Assembly (NCBI RefSeq): GCF_001194135.2
Contig: NC_069002.1
Location: 33,373,999 to 33,421,686, forward strand
Origin: Octopus bimaculoides
Lineage: Eukaryota
DNA: 47,688 bases
Direction of reading: 5' to 3'
Made by a program: the position numbers and the translations under genes. Position 1 is the first letter of the stretch. Every line of letters begins with the position of its first letter. Below the pieces are notes generated by a model. It was not told where the DNA came from, did not search any database, and saw only the letters and a program-made list of their open reading frames with translations. Shown in pieces: positions 11,578 through 23,059 of the stretch.

Positions 11578-13899
11578 CCTAATATAATAATAAGCCTTGT
11601 GTTTTCATATATTCCGGACTCGGAATAGGAAGGAAAATAGTAACTCACTGAAGAAGTAATGAGAGTAATAGCCCTGACTGAGAGGGAGTGAAACGCAGTA
11701 ATACCACTGAGAAAAATAAAGGGGTGATAGATGGATAAGGACGGAAGAGGTGAAAAAAAATCAGGGGGCCATTGCGCCTCCACATACTTTTGAATACTTT
11801 TCATTTTCAAATGACTCTTAGTTGCGATTCAGTTCTGCTCTAACCACGTTATAAGTAGATCGGCAACGACTACGCATAAAGCGTTTCCACACCATAGTAT
11901 CCTATAGATTTATTTACTTATTGACGGCCATATTTATATTTGTAAGGACTTTTGAGTGTTGCTTTTGACTAGCCATTCAAACAATCTTACAGCGGGTTCT
12001 TTTTAACTTGTTTTCTTTGTAGCAGTCTCGATTCTCTAACGCCTGGCTTATTCCAAAATTTCACTTTTTACCAAACTTTTATTAGGTTTTATACCGGACT
12101 TCCATTTCTGTAATTTATTCACGTATGGCATGGCAGGGTTACGTAACGTTCCTACATTTTTTAATCCGGGTATTTATCAAGAAACACACCGACTGCTACA
12201 TGTCAATTTTAAGTAGGTAAGGAAGAACAGGTAGATGCAGGTATCACGTTAGACATTGCTCAATAGACACTTCCTGTTTCAAGGCTCATAATTCAAAACC
12301 TAGCTTTGAAATTTCTTTACCACGCGAAATAGATAGTGCAGCCTAACACTGAAGAATCACAAAGAATTTGGTTAATGTTGCTGCTGTTGTTGTCGTCATT
12401 GATTTATTTGGTTTTGACTACATGGCATTTTCAATTCCACAGAGAAACTATTCATTTCACTAACGTCTGCTAATGTCTTTGAGAATGATGAAGATGTCTT
12501 TGAGAAAGACATGTTCACCTGACAACTTACATCTCCCACCTTCGACTCCGACCAACGTCGTTCTCATACTGTTTCACATATGAAACTGATACCTACACGC
12601 ATATATATGCACACTCAGACACACACACGAACACACACACACACACACAGACACACACACTTTACACTTATATATATATATATATATATATATNNNNNNN
12701 NNNNNNNNNNNNNNNNNNNNNNNNNNNNNNNNNNNNNNNNNNNNNNNNNNNNNNNNNNNNNNNNNNNNNNNNNNNNNNNNNNNNNNNNNNNNNNNNNNNN
12801 NNNNNNNNNNNNNNNNNNNNNNNNNNNNNNNNNNNNNNNNNNNNNNNNNNNNNNNNNNNNNNNNNNNNNNNNNNNNNNNNNNNNNNNNNNNNNNNNNNNN
12901 NNNNNNNNNNNNNNNNNNNNNNNNNNNNNNNNNNNNNNNNNNNNNNNNNNNNNNNNNNNNNNNNNNNNNNNNNNNNNNNNNNNNNNNNNNNNNNNNNNNN
13001 NNNNNNNNNNNNNNNNNNNNNNNNNNNNNNNNNNNNNNNNNNNNNNNNNNNNNNNNNNNNNNNNNNNNNNNNNNNNNNNNNNNNNNNNNNNNNNNNNNNN
13101 NNNNNNNNNNNNNNNNNNNNNNNNNNNNNNNNNNNNNNNNNNNNNNNNNNNNNNNNNNNNNNNNNNNNNNNNNNNNNNNNNNNNNNNNNNNNNNNNNNNN
13201 NNNNNNNNNNNNNNNNNNNNNNNNNNNNNNNNNNNNNNNNNNNNNNNNNNNNNNNNNNNNNNNNNNNNNNNNNNNNNNNNNNNNNNNNNNNNNNNNNNNN
13301 NNNNNNNNNNNNNNNNNNNNNNNNNNNNNNNNNNNNNNNNNNNNNNNNNNNNNNNNNNNNNNNNNNNNNNNNNNNNNNNNNNNNNNNNNNNNNNNNNNNN
13401 NNNNNNNNNNNNNNNNNNNNNNNNNNNNNNNNNNNNNNNNNNNNNNNNNNNNNNNNATATATATCTGTATATATGATGGTGTGTGTGTTTGTGCGAGTGT
13501 GTTATCTTGTTTATATTGAAATTTTCCATCACACAAAGATCGCATCATTCATCGCGTATCATCTCATTTCTTATATTACATCTATATCATGCATTAACTA
13601 TATTCCACCATTTACTCTCCGTTGTTTGTAATACGATCTTATTTTTGTCCAAACGTCACTCATAAAAACCTGATATGATTTCAACTGAGACTCAACTCAG
13701 GAAATCTCAGCTGCCATATCACAACATCCATCAAACTACAATATTCTTACCAAAACTGAATGAAAAATTTCCAAGTTAGATTATTGGTTTCGTTCACTAA
13801 AATATTTTTACTTTCTTTTATTTGTTTCATATAAGACGCTTTTTTTCTAACGCTCGATCTTATTTTCAGTTTTTGGCTCTCGACAAATCTTCGCACTAT

Positions 13900-14520
13900 C
13901 TACCCACCCTCTGTCGTATACATCCTACTCTCTCTCCATCGCTCTCTTTCTCTCTCCCACACTCTCCATCTCTCACCATCTCTCTCTTTCATCACCCTCT
14001 CCATCTCTCTGTCTCTATGTGTCTCATTGCGACGCTTCGACCTTTATCACTGTCACTTTGTCACTTCAAGTATTTCTCCATATTTGCCTTTTCTCTCTAT
14101 CTTCCACTCAATATATATGTTTCTTCCACCTGCTCTCTTTCTCTCTCCCTATCTCTCTCTATCAACCTGTCTCTGCCATCTTATTTTTCTATCCCCTCCC
14201 ACTCTCTGTCTCTCTTTATTTTTCACTGATTTTAAAAGCACGACGTTCTTAAACTTTCTTCTCATCTTGTTCCCCTGCTTCCTATCTGTCTGTCAGTCTA
14301 CCAGTCTGTCAATCTCTCTTTCGCACTTTCGCACTCTCTCTCTCGTCTGTCATTTGCTCTCTCAACTATATATGCTCCAATAATCGGCGTCTTCTGTCTC
14401 TTGATCTCTCCATCTGAGTCTGATTTTCTCCCCTCCTGCCTTGCTGCCAGTTTCTCTCTCTCTATCTCTCATTCTGCCATCTCTCTCTTTCTTTTTTCTC
14501 TCTCTGGTTCTCTATATTTA
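13900..14520 (+). repeat. Decayed CT-rich polypyrimidine tract
   Basis: About 600 bp dominated by TCTC/CTCT words. Confidence 0.8.
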
Positions 14521-14552
14521 TGCCACTTACCATATATATATATTGTATATAT

Positions 14553-14898
14553 AGGAACTTGCTTACCAACCATATGGGACCGTGTTCAGTCCCACTGCGT
14601 GGCACCTTGGGCATGTGCCTTCTACTATAGCCTCGGGTCGACCAAGACCGTGTGAGTAGATTTGGTAGCCGGAAAATGAAAGAAGCTATGTGTGTGTGCA
14701 TGTGTGTGTGTGTGTGCATATATGTTTGTGTGTCTGTGTTTGTACCATCACCATCACTTAATAACCAGTGTTGGAGTGTTTACGTCCCCGTAGCCTAGCG
14801 TTTCGGCAAAAGAGATCGATAGGATGAGTGGGAGACTAAAGGATTGCTCCAGTATGGCCGCGGTCAATTGACTGAAACAAATAAACAAATAAAAGAAT
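14553..14898 (+). mobile_element. SINE family B (CORE-like)
   Basis: GTTCAGTCCCACTGCGTGGCACCTTGGGCATGTGCCTTCTACTATAGCCTCGGG..., internal (TG)n, tail GACTAAAGGATTGCTCCAGTATGGCCGCGGTCAATTGACTGAAACAA. Confidence 0.85.
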
Positions 14899-14961
14899 AT
14901 ATGTGTGTATGTGTGTATATATACATATATATATATGTGTGTGTGTCTGTGTGTGTGTGTA

Positions 14962-15009
<48 letters not shown>

Positions 15010-15150
15010 CATATTATGTGTGTCTGTGTGTATTTGTATGTCTCTGAGTGTGTTCTTGTCGTGTGAGTATCAGCTATTTGCTCTTTTGCTGTTTCCGACA
15101 TCTTTAGAAAGTGATTGTTAATCAGTTTCTTTCTCTCGCAATCTCCTGCT

Positions 15151-15181
<31 letters not shown>

Positions 15182-16464
15182 CCCTCTCTCACACACAAAA
15201 ACACACGCATAGACACATTCATGTACACAGAGACCAACAGACACACATCACACACGCGCGCACAAATACACACACACAGACACACACATAAGCAAAGACA
15301 GATAAACGGATGTGCAAATCTTTAAACGCATCAATAGATCTATAACACCTGACTATGCACTTCTCCTAACCTGCGAACATTCCTACTTCAATGGCCAATA
15401 TTTCAAGAATGGCTGTAATAAAAGATCAATGGAACCATATTTGGAGAGAGTCTCAACATCTTCGAGTAGATTCCTTTCGTCGCGTTGACCTCGTTTTCGT
15501 CGTTTAGTCCTAGTTTGACCTTCACTGAACAAATATAAAATCGTAAGATAGTCAACCGTATGCATTCCATATTGCTCCTTTTACGCTTGTTAGCTTCTCT
15601 CTATCAATCACTGTTTCTGTTTCATTTTGATAAGTTTTCTCTCTTACATTTTGCACATAATATATTCCCCTAATAGAAGAAAATTTGAGACAAAGTGGAG
15701 AGCATCGGACAGAATGGCTGACACTAATATCTCCTTATCTCTTGGTTTTGTGTTCGAATCCTGCCTGGTTCAGTTTTGGGTTTCCATTTTTCGTAGTCGA
15801 CAAATAAAAGACTAGCCCACTGAAGGTACCAATACTTTCCTATCTGGTAGGGTCTTCACACAGATAGTCCATGTAAGGGGAGAAAATTGATTGGATTTAA
15901 ATGGTTGACTTTGAAATTGTGAAGTAACGCTCGAGGTTCATTTGGTTTCGGGCTCAGTTCCTTTGCCTGGCGTGGCTCGAATAAAGCATGATGGGCAAAT
16001 TAAGTATACGGTAACTAAAAGAGAAGAATGCCGTATANNNNNNNNNNNNNNNNNNNNNNNNNNNNNNNNNNNNNNNNNNNNNNNNNNNNNNNNNNNNNNN
16101 NNNNNNNNNNNNNNNNNNNNNNNNNNNNNNNNNNNNNNNNNNNNNNNNNNNNNNNNNNNNNNNNNNNNNNNNNNNNNNNNNNNNNNNNNNNNNNNNNNNN
16201 NNNNNNNNNNNNNNNNNNNNNNNNNNNNNNNNNNNNNNNNNNNNNNNNNNNNNNNNNNNNNNNNNNNNNNNNNNNNNNNNNNNNNNNNNNNNNNNNNNNN
16301 NNNNNNNNNNNNNNNNNNNNNNNNNNNNNNNNNNNNNNNNNNNNNNNNNNNNNNNNNNNNNNNNNNNNNNNNNNNNNNNNNNNNNNNNNNNNNNNNNNNN
16401 NNNNNNNNNNNNNNNNNNNNNNNNNNNNNNNNNNNNNNNNNNNNNNNNNNNNNNNNNNNNNNNN

Positions 16465-16565
16465 TTTTATTCTCTTACTTTTTTCATTCATTTCACTGCG
16501 GCCATACTGGAGCGCCGCCTTTAGTAGAACAAATCGTCTCCAACCTAGTACTTATTCTATCCGTC
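16465..16565 (-). mobile_element. SINE family B 3' tail
   Basis: CACTGCGGCCATACTGGAGCGCCGCCTTTAGTAGAAC...CTAGTACTTATTCTATC. Confidence 0.75.
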
Positions 16566-16781
16566 TCTGTGTTCTTAAGCAAAGCACTTCGTTTCACGCT
16601 GCTCTGCGATCATTTCGGCATGTGACATGTGGTACCCGTTGCACCTGTGCAAGTAATGTCGATGTGATGGAGGGAGAGAGCTTATGTGTACTCAGATCCT
16701 CTGTGTGGTTGTTCGGCAAGAAATTATCGAACGCTCATAAGTCGTCTACCGATGGGTGAGTCCATTATATACAGTTAACCT

Positions 16782-16916
16782 GTTACATTATTTATATTTT
16801 ATGGATGTGTGTCCTCATTTTGTTTGTTGTTAACACAAGGTTTCGGTTGGTATACCCTCCAGCCTTCATCAGGTGTCTTGCAGAAATTTCGAACTTGGGT
16901 TCTCATTCCTAAGGTA
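16782..16916 (-). mobile_element. Penelope-like terminal-repeat unit containing a mutated hammerhead motif
   Basis: Minus strand TACCTTAGGAATGAGAACCCAAGTTCGAAATTTCTGCAAGACACCTGATGAAGGCTGGAGGGTATACCAACCGAAACCTTGTGTTAACAACAAAC aligns with 38895-39030. Confidence 0.75.
16832..16877 (-). ncRNA. Minimal type I hammerhead ribozyme motif, probably inactive
   Basis: GACAC-CUGAUGA-A-GGCUGG(AGGGUAUA)CCAACC-GAA-ACCU-U-GUGUU; the core is intact, but stem II has one mismatch and the ACGU palindrome is mutated to ACCU. Confidence 0.55.
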
Positions 16917-17057
16917 AGAAGCAGCACATATGTTAGGACACAACAATCTCCTAAGCAGACCGAGTGCAGATATGACTAGCGTATGGGAACCGGTATTAAG
17001 GAAGGATAGGAAAATATTAGATTTATAAGCCATAAAATTCACTCTATAATTGCCCAT

Positions 17058-17153
17058 GGGCATATGGCGTAGTGCTTAAGTGCGCGGGCTACTAACCCAA
17101 AGATTCCGAATTCGATTCCAGGCAATGACCTGAATAATAATAATAATAATAAT
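17058..17153 (+). mobile_element. Short tRNA-derived SINE with (AAT)n tail
   Basis: GGGCATATGGCGTAGTGCTTAAG (A box), GGGCTACTAACCC anticodon-like hairpin, GAATTCGATTCC (degenerate B box), then (AAT)7. It lacks a proper acceptor stem, so it is not called a tRNA gene. Confidence 0.75.
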
Positions 17154-17161
17154 CTTACAAT

Positions 17162-17220
17162 CTTCATCAGGTATATTGGGGAAGTTTCGAGACAGGCTTC
17201 TCATTCCTAAGGTATTTTTC
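17162..17220 (-). mobile_element. Second, truncated copy of the Penelope-like terminal-repeat unit
   Basis: Minus strand GAAAAATACCTTAGGAATGAGAAGCCTGTCTCGAAACTTCCCCAATATACCTGATGAAG, preceded by an (AAT)n tract as at 38820-38885. Confidence 0.7.
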
Positions 17221-18697
17221 TATATTATTATTATTATTATTGAGTGAGAGAGCAGTGCATGCCATCAAAGTGGCACTGGGGTACAAATATACAAAGCCCA
17301 TTATACCCATCATGACTACCCCTCTGATAAGTGTACACCAAGCACATTCATCAAAACCATTATCATTATTATTTCATACACACACACACATATATATATA
17401 TACACACATGTATATATGTGTATGTGTGTCTGCTTGCTTGCATAAACATATATGCGCGTGCATATGCGTTTGTGTATGTGTGCGTGAATGCACGTGTGTA
17501 CATTGTGGTAACATAGGCTGGATTTGCAAACTTCAACCTTTAAGAACTTGCCAAATAAACTTTATATGGACAATTCTAAAATCTTTCTTTGTCTTTCTCC
17601 TTTTCTATGGAAACACACGCACCTACATACACTCGGCCACAGAGTCATTATATACATATATAAATAAGGAGACAAAGAGAGATAAGCAGAGGGTGAAGGA
17701 AAAGATAGAAAGCGATAGGTACTCTTTTTTATATTTGGTTTCATGTCTATCATCTCAAATATCAAAGAACTGTTCAGTACAGTAGAAGGTATTGTTTCTG
17801 GAGGCATCGTGATCTGCTGAGACTGTCCAAAAGCAGTGTCTGTTCCTTTGATGTAATAAACCGTAGAAATAGTTGCAGAGAATATATCTGGAATCAGAAG
17901 TAGAAAAAGATACGTATGGAAAATTAAAAAAAAGACTTGTAAATACTTACATTCCCTGAGAGCAATTTGACAGACAAGATGTTAAGTAATGCAAATTATA
18001 ACGTCTGGCGTTTCTTACATCAGAACCGGCAGCTACTGGTGTTTACCAAGCGCCGCCATCTGCTGAAAAGTATGTGTTAAGTATGTGTTGACAAAATTAA
18101 AATTACATTTATGACAAAAAGTGTATGAAATTAGTTATCGTTTGGTAAAAAACGTAACAGGAAAATAACTTACCTGTTACATTTACATTAATTAACAATA
18201 ATTTTCATTAATTAACATTAATTACTAATTGAATATGGTGATGCAGTGTTGAAAGAAATAAGATTCTTGGTGCCAGTGGACACGACTGCGATCATATTTC
18301 AGCCAGGTTCCTCTTCTTCGGCAACGTACTGTCTAATGATACGGTTAAGGAATGATAGAAATTAAATCAAATAGTACACGGAATTTCTCGCATTAGCCAA
18401 CAAGCATGCATGCACCTGTTGCTGTTGTTGTTGTCGCTTTCGGTGCTGCACTTATCGTTGTTATGATTGGTCCTATTATTGCACCTGTTTGGCCGCAATT
18501 ATTTACTATGACAAATCATTTATCAGATGAAATCCAGAAATGACTGTCCTAGTATTTGTATATATCTAGCGCTATGTTTATGAAATGTGATATCTCTTGT
18601 AGTTGGAACTTCCAGCCGCCACCAAAACGTCGCTCTTGAGAAATCTAGGTGATTATTATTTAAGGTTTTGTATCTTTGTTGTCAAAGATAGTGTATA

Positions 18698-18990
18698 TAC
18701 GAGGTCTGATCAATAAGTATCGCGACTGTTGCCATAGTAACGAAGCTAAAGAATGTAGAGTAAAGCCACCAAGCACCGATTGACCCTCAGCACAATTTTG
18801 CATGCACACTAAGTTTTAACGTTCTAACTCACTTCCGTTGTATACAGCAATACTTGGAAGAAAGGTGTGTGATGTGTGATCGTCGCATTGACCATGACAG
18901 AGAAAGATGTCATGGCGATACCTGCTCAGAGGCCTACGCAAAGTTACAGAAAGTGTACGGAGAGGAGTGTACGAACCGCACAAACAAGTA
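18698..18990 (+). mobile_element. Mariner remnant, left end with TA and terminal inverted-repeat sequence
   Basis: TA-CGAGGTCTGATCAATAAGTATCGCGACTGTTGCCATAGTAACGAAGC; frameshifted MTEK...GDTCSEAYAKLQKVYGEEC (mariner HTH). Same family as 10545-10936. Confidence 0.82.
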
Positions 18991-19781
18991 CGCGGGGTTC
19001 AGAGTTTCCAACATAAACGCACTCATACACGCACACTTGACGGTTCTGTTAAAGGTAGCTTTTTATTATTAGTATAGCATTTCGCCGACCTCTCAGATAT
19101 GAAAGTTTAATATGTCCACGGCAGGTTTTAGATTTAGAAAGCAAAATAGCGTGACAAATCATACGGAATATATTTCTCAGTACTCTGTAGATTAAATCTG
19201 TTAGATAAATACATGGGTTTATCATAACCCTTGTGCTTCAGGGTCACGACAATCTTCATCACTAGTCTGTCAGCGTTAAACTGACAAGGCTAATTGGATC
19301 TCTCAAATAAGAACCGCATTGATGTACTGGCGTGGTTCACGTCACTAGGTTATATCTTCAAAACGACATTAATTAGCGTAGAGAATGTCACCAGTATCAA
19401 GTTGGCTAGTCAGAAATAACAAACAAACATATCTCATACACTCTACGTTGGATAATGCATTCCTACGTACGCGTGAAACGTACACATAAAATGGTGGTGT
19501 CAAATTTTTCTCACAACTTCAAAAAGTTTGTGGGAGGGCATAAGTGGATAACATAGAACGCAGTGCTCCCAGCGGTCAATATCTCGGTGAAGATTGAACT
19601 CAGTGTACATTTCATATAATTCAAACAATCAATGAGGCCAGATGCAGTACTGAAAAGCAACGAAAAGAAAGAAAAGAAAAGCAACAGCAAGAACAAAAAC
19701 GACAACTGTCCGAAAATTACAATATTAGTTGTGGAGGCTCTCGTTTCTGAGTCAATATCGACCTGAACGAAATATATATAT

Positions 19782-19782
<1 letters not shown>

Positions 19783-19870
<88 letters not shown>
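19783..19870 (+). repeat. (CA)n microsatellite, about 43 units
   Basis: Pure CA run. Confidence 0.95.
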
Positions 19871-19871
<1 letters not shown>

Positions 19872-19982
19872 TAATAGTCAACATACATGTATTTTGCAAA
19901 AATGTTTTAATACTGCTTCAGTTTACTGTTAAATTTTTTGACATGCAATTTGAGATTAAAAGATCAAGAGTTAATTTATGTC

Positions 19983-20596
19983 TTAGGTCGTCAAGTATGA
20001 CATTTGCAGTGAGGTATATGGTAAACTTTGACAGCTGCTCATTTTCAGTCATTATTATATTTTGACAATTTTTATTTTTTGTTAGAAAGCTGACACATCT
20101 ATTTCTTTATTCGAACTCATTTGCGCTTTATGAAGTATTTATAAATCGTTTCTTGCTATTTTTGTTTCGAGATAGATAAATCGGAAATTCGAACAGTTTT
20201 GAAATATGAATTCTTACTTGGAATTACAGCATCACAGACAGCTCGGAATAGTAATGAAGTATTTCATTCTAATGTTATTACACAGCAGACAGTATCACAT
20301 TAGTTTCCAAAATTTCGTTCTGGTAATTTTGACCTCATAAACGAGCAACGCAGTCGACCAGAAACAAAGGTGGATAGTGACGAACAGAAAGCCACCTTCG
20401 ATTCAGAGCCATCTCAAAGTGCCCGTGACTTATCGTTATTGTTTGGTGTTAGCAAGCCTAGATTGGTCAAACAGATCCACTTCTATTTTATTGAAGGACA
20501 ACGCCAGACCACACATCGCAAAAATCACATTGGCGAAACTACAGGAATTATTGCAATTGGAAGTCTCCATCATCCTCCATACTCACCTGATCTTAT
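19983..20596 (+). mobile_element. Mariner remnant (Hsmar1/SETMAR-like transposase), internally deleted, with stop and frameshifts
   Basis: From 20172: IDKSEIRTVLKYEFLLGITASQTARNSNEVF...QTVSH*FPKFRSGNFDLINEQRSRPETKVDSDE (HTH region), joined to ILLKDNARPH (second catalytic D) and HHPPYSPDL. A TTAGGTCGTC putative terminus at 19983 is less certain. Confidence 0.88.
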
Positions 20597-20604
20597 GATA
20601 GATC

Positions 20605-20790
20605 GTTGACAGCTACACATATTGTTTTTCTCTCCTTGTTTCACTCCTTGTTTCTTTCTGTGTTCCTTTCTGTTGAAGAGCGTAGGCTCGAAACGTTAAA
20701 AAGTTTCTCTATTCCCGAATGTTATACTAATACGTCCATTTGTTGTTTACACCACCTGTCTTCGTCTGTTTTTTCGTGAATTCTCCCTAC
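20605..20790 (+). mobile_element. Penelope-like terminal-repeat unit of a second family, with a hammerhead-like motif
   Basis: CTTTCTGTTGAAGAGCGTAGGCTCGAAACGTTAAA followed by TTTCTCTATTCCCG...CACCACCTGTCTTCGTC; same C-U-G-N-N-G-A-A / stem / GAAACGUU layout as 38935. Confidence 0.55.
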
Positions 20791-21372
20791 ATATGTGTAT
20801 TATTTAGATCTCCTGAAACTTATTTACTNNNNNNNNNNNNNNNNNNNNNNNNNNNNNNNNNNNNNNNNNNNNNNNNNNNNNNNNNNNNNNNNNNNNNNNN
20901 NNNNNNNNNNNNNNNNNNNNNNNNNNNNNNNNNNNNNNNNNNNNNNNNNNNNNNNNNNNNNNNNNNNNNNNNNNNNNNNNNNNNNNNNNNNNNNNNNNNN
21001 NNNNNNNNNNNNNNNNNNNNNNNNNNNNNNNNNNNNNNNNNNNNNNNNNNNNNNNNNNNNNNNNNNNNNNNNNNNNNNNNNNNNNNNNNNNNNNNNNNNN
21101 NNNNNNNNNNNNNNNNNNNNNNNNNNNNNNNNNNNNNNNNNNNNNNNNNNNNNNNNNNNNNNNNNNNNNNNNNNNNNNNNNNNNNNNNNNNNNNNNNNNN
21201 NNNNNNNNNNNNNNNNNNNNNNNNNNNNNNNNNNNNNNNNNNNNNNNNNNNNNNNNNNNNNNNNNNNNNNNNNNNNNNNNNNNNNNNNNNNNNNNNNNNN
21301 NNNNNNNNNNNNNNNNNNNNNNNNNNNNNNNNNNNNNNNNNNNNNNNNNNNNNNNNNNNNNNNNNNNNNNNN

Positions 21373-21407
<35 letters not shown>

Positions 21408-21859
21408 CCTTTCTCTTTCACATTACTTGACTGAGAGATATTGGAATGACCTTATGGTTTGATCTCCGATCGCCTAGTTTGTTCAATCGATGTATTGGAA
21501 CGTCATGACGATCATTTGTTGTCCAACACCTTCGACAAGCTCAACCTACGAATCAATCACATCAGTTAGCATTCATTGACACCAACTGAACTATGAACTT
21601 GAAAGTTTCAGCACGCCACTAATGCTAAACATGATGATTATTTTGATGATTATCAGGAATTAGTCGAAGACTGATAATACGTTATTGGTCGTGGCATCTC
21701 ATCTCATATGAACTTACGCTGGTTTAACAAATAAATGTACGAATTATTATTGCCACGAATTTCATGGTGTATATAAAGCGTATTTACTAAATGATTAACC
21801 ATGAAACGATTCTAACATTCTGTTCGTTATGTTGTTATTTATAGGTAACTTAAGCGATG

Positions 21860-22022
21860 GGCTGCCGCTACGTTCTGAGTTCAAATTCAGCCGAGGTCGG
21901 CTTTGCCTTCCATCCTTTCGGTGTCGATAAATTAAGTACCAGTGAAACACTGGGGTAGATGTAATCGATTAGTCCCTTCGCTCCAAATTGCAGACCTTAT
22001 GGCTATAGAAAAAAGGGTTATT
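21860..22022 (+). mobile_element. SINE family C, 5'-truncated
   Basis: CTGCCGCTACGTTCTGAGTTCAAATTCAGCCGAGGTCGGCTTTGCCTTCCATCCTTTCGGTGTCGATAAATTAAGTACCAG. Confidence 0.85.
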
Positions 22023-22430
22023 AACAGGTAACTAAGGTGATGATCTGGCAGAATCGCTGACGCACCAATCCGCTGTCGTGGCAGTAAAGACGTAAATTGC
22101 CGATGCATAATGTGGATCATATTAGGATATAAATTATTCATTTATTTATCACAGTAGAATGAAAAGTGAAAGAATAAAAGTGACAGAATAAAAGCGAACA
22201 AATATTATATGACATTATAATATAGATCTTATTCTTGCACTCTTGACAGATAATACAGCACAAGTGCCAATGTTATATTGTTTTAATCCAAATGAAAATG
22301 AATTTTAATTACATGTTGACGCTCATGGGTTCTCATGCTATTACCTGGTACAATTTGATTTGATTTGGTTGAGCCGTTTGAGAATGCATAGGGAACAGGC
22401 ATACAGACAGACAGATAAAGAATGGTATTT

Positions 22431-22807
22431 GTTGTTGTTAGCACTCTGTTGCTTACGAAGTCGAGGGTTACAATTGATCCGATCAACGGAACAGCCTGAT
22501 CGTGAAATTACGTGCAAGTGGCTGAGCACTCCACAGACACGTGTACCCTTAACGTAGTTGTCGGGGATATTCAGCGTGACACAGTGTGACAAGGCTGACC
22601 CTTTGAATTACAGAAACAAGAAGTAAGAGTGAGAGAAAGTTGTGGTGAAAGAGTACAGCAGGGTTCACCACCATCCCCTTCCGGAGTCTTGTGGAACTTT
22701 AGGCGTTTTTGCTCAATAAACACTTACAACGCCTGGTCTAGGAATCGAAACCACGATCCTACGACCGCGAGTCCGTTGCCCTAACCACTGGGCGATTGCA
22801 CCTCCAC
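22431..22807 (-). mobile_element. SINE family A, full length
   Basis: Reverse complement of GTGGAGGTGCAATCGCCCAGTGGTTAGGGCAACGGACTCGCGG...TCGTAAGCAACAGAGTGC plus a (CAA)n tail. Confidence 0.9.
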
Positions 22808-23059
22808 CATTGGTTAGTGAGAAAGGTTAATTGGCAGTATGTGGGCCATAGCGGTCATACGTACCCATGCACGAGCGCACGCACAACGTTTTTCGATAAA
22901 GGGAGAAATGTAAATAGTGTATTTGAATAGAAGGATTTCAAAATATTAAAATTAAGTAAAGTAATGTTGTAGGAAGAACGTATAAATATCATGAAGACAA
23001 ATGTATTTACGGACGACAAAACTGAAATACACTGAAGTCAAATTTTAGATAATTGGGGC

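Noticed and set aside
17058-17130. Possible tRNA gene (anticodon loop CT-ACT-AA)
   Set aside because: The B box is degenerate, there is no 7-bp acceptor stem, and it runs into an (AAT)n tail; this is a SINE head.
18603-18648. 46-nt plus-strand exon candidate (CTCTTGTAG...TAG/GTGATT)
   Set aside because: Two frames are open, the peptides are uninformative and there is no partner exon; expected by chance in AT-rich DNA.
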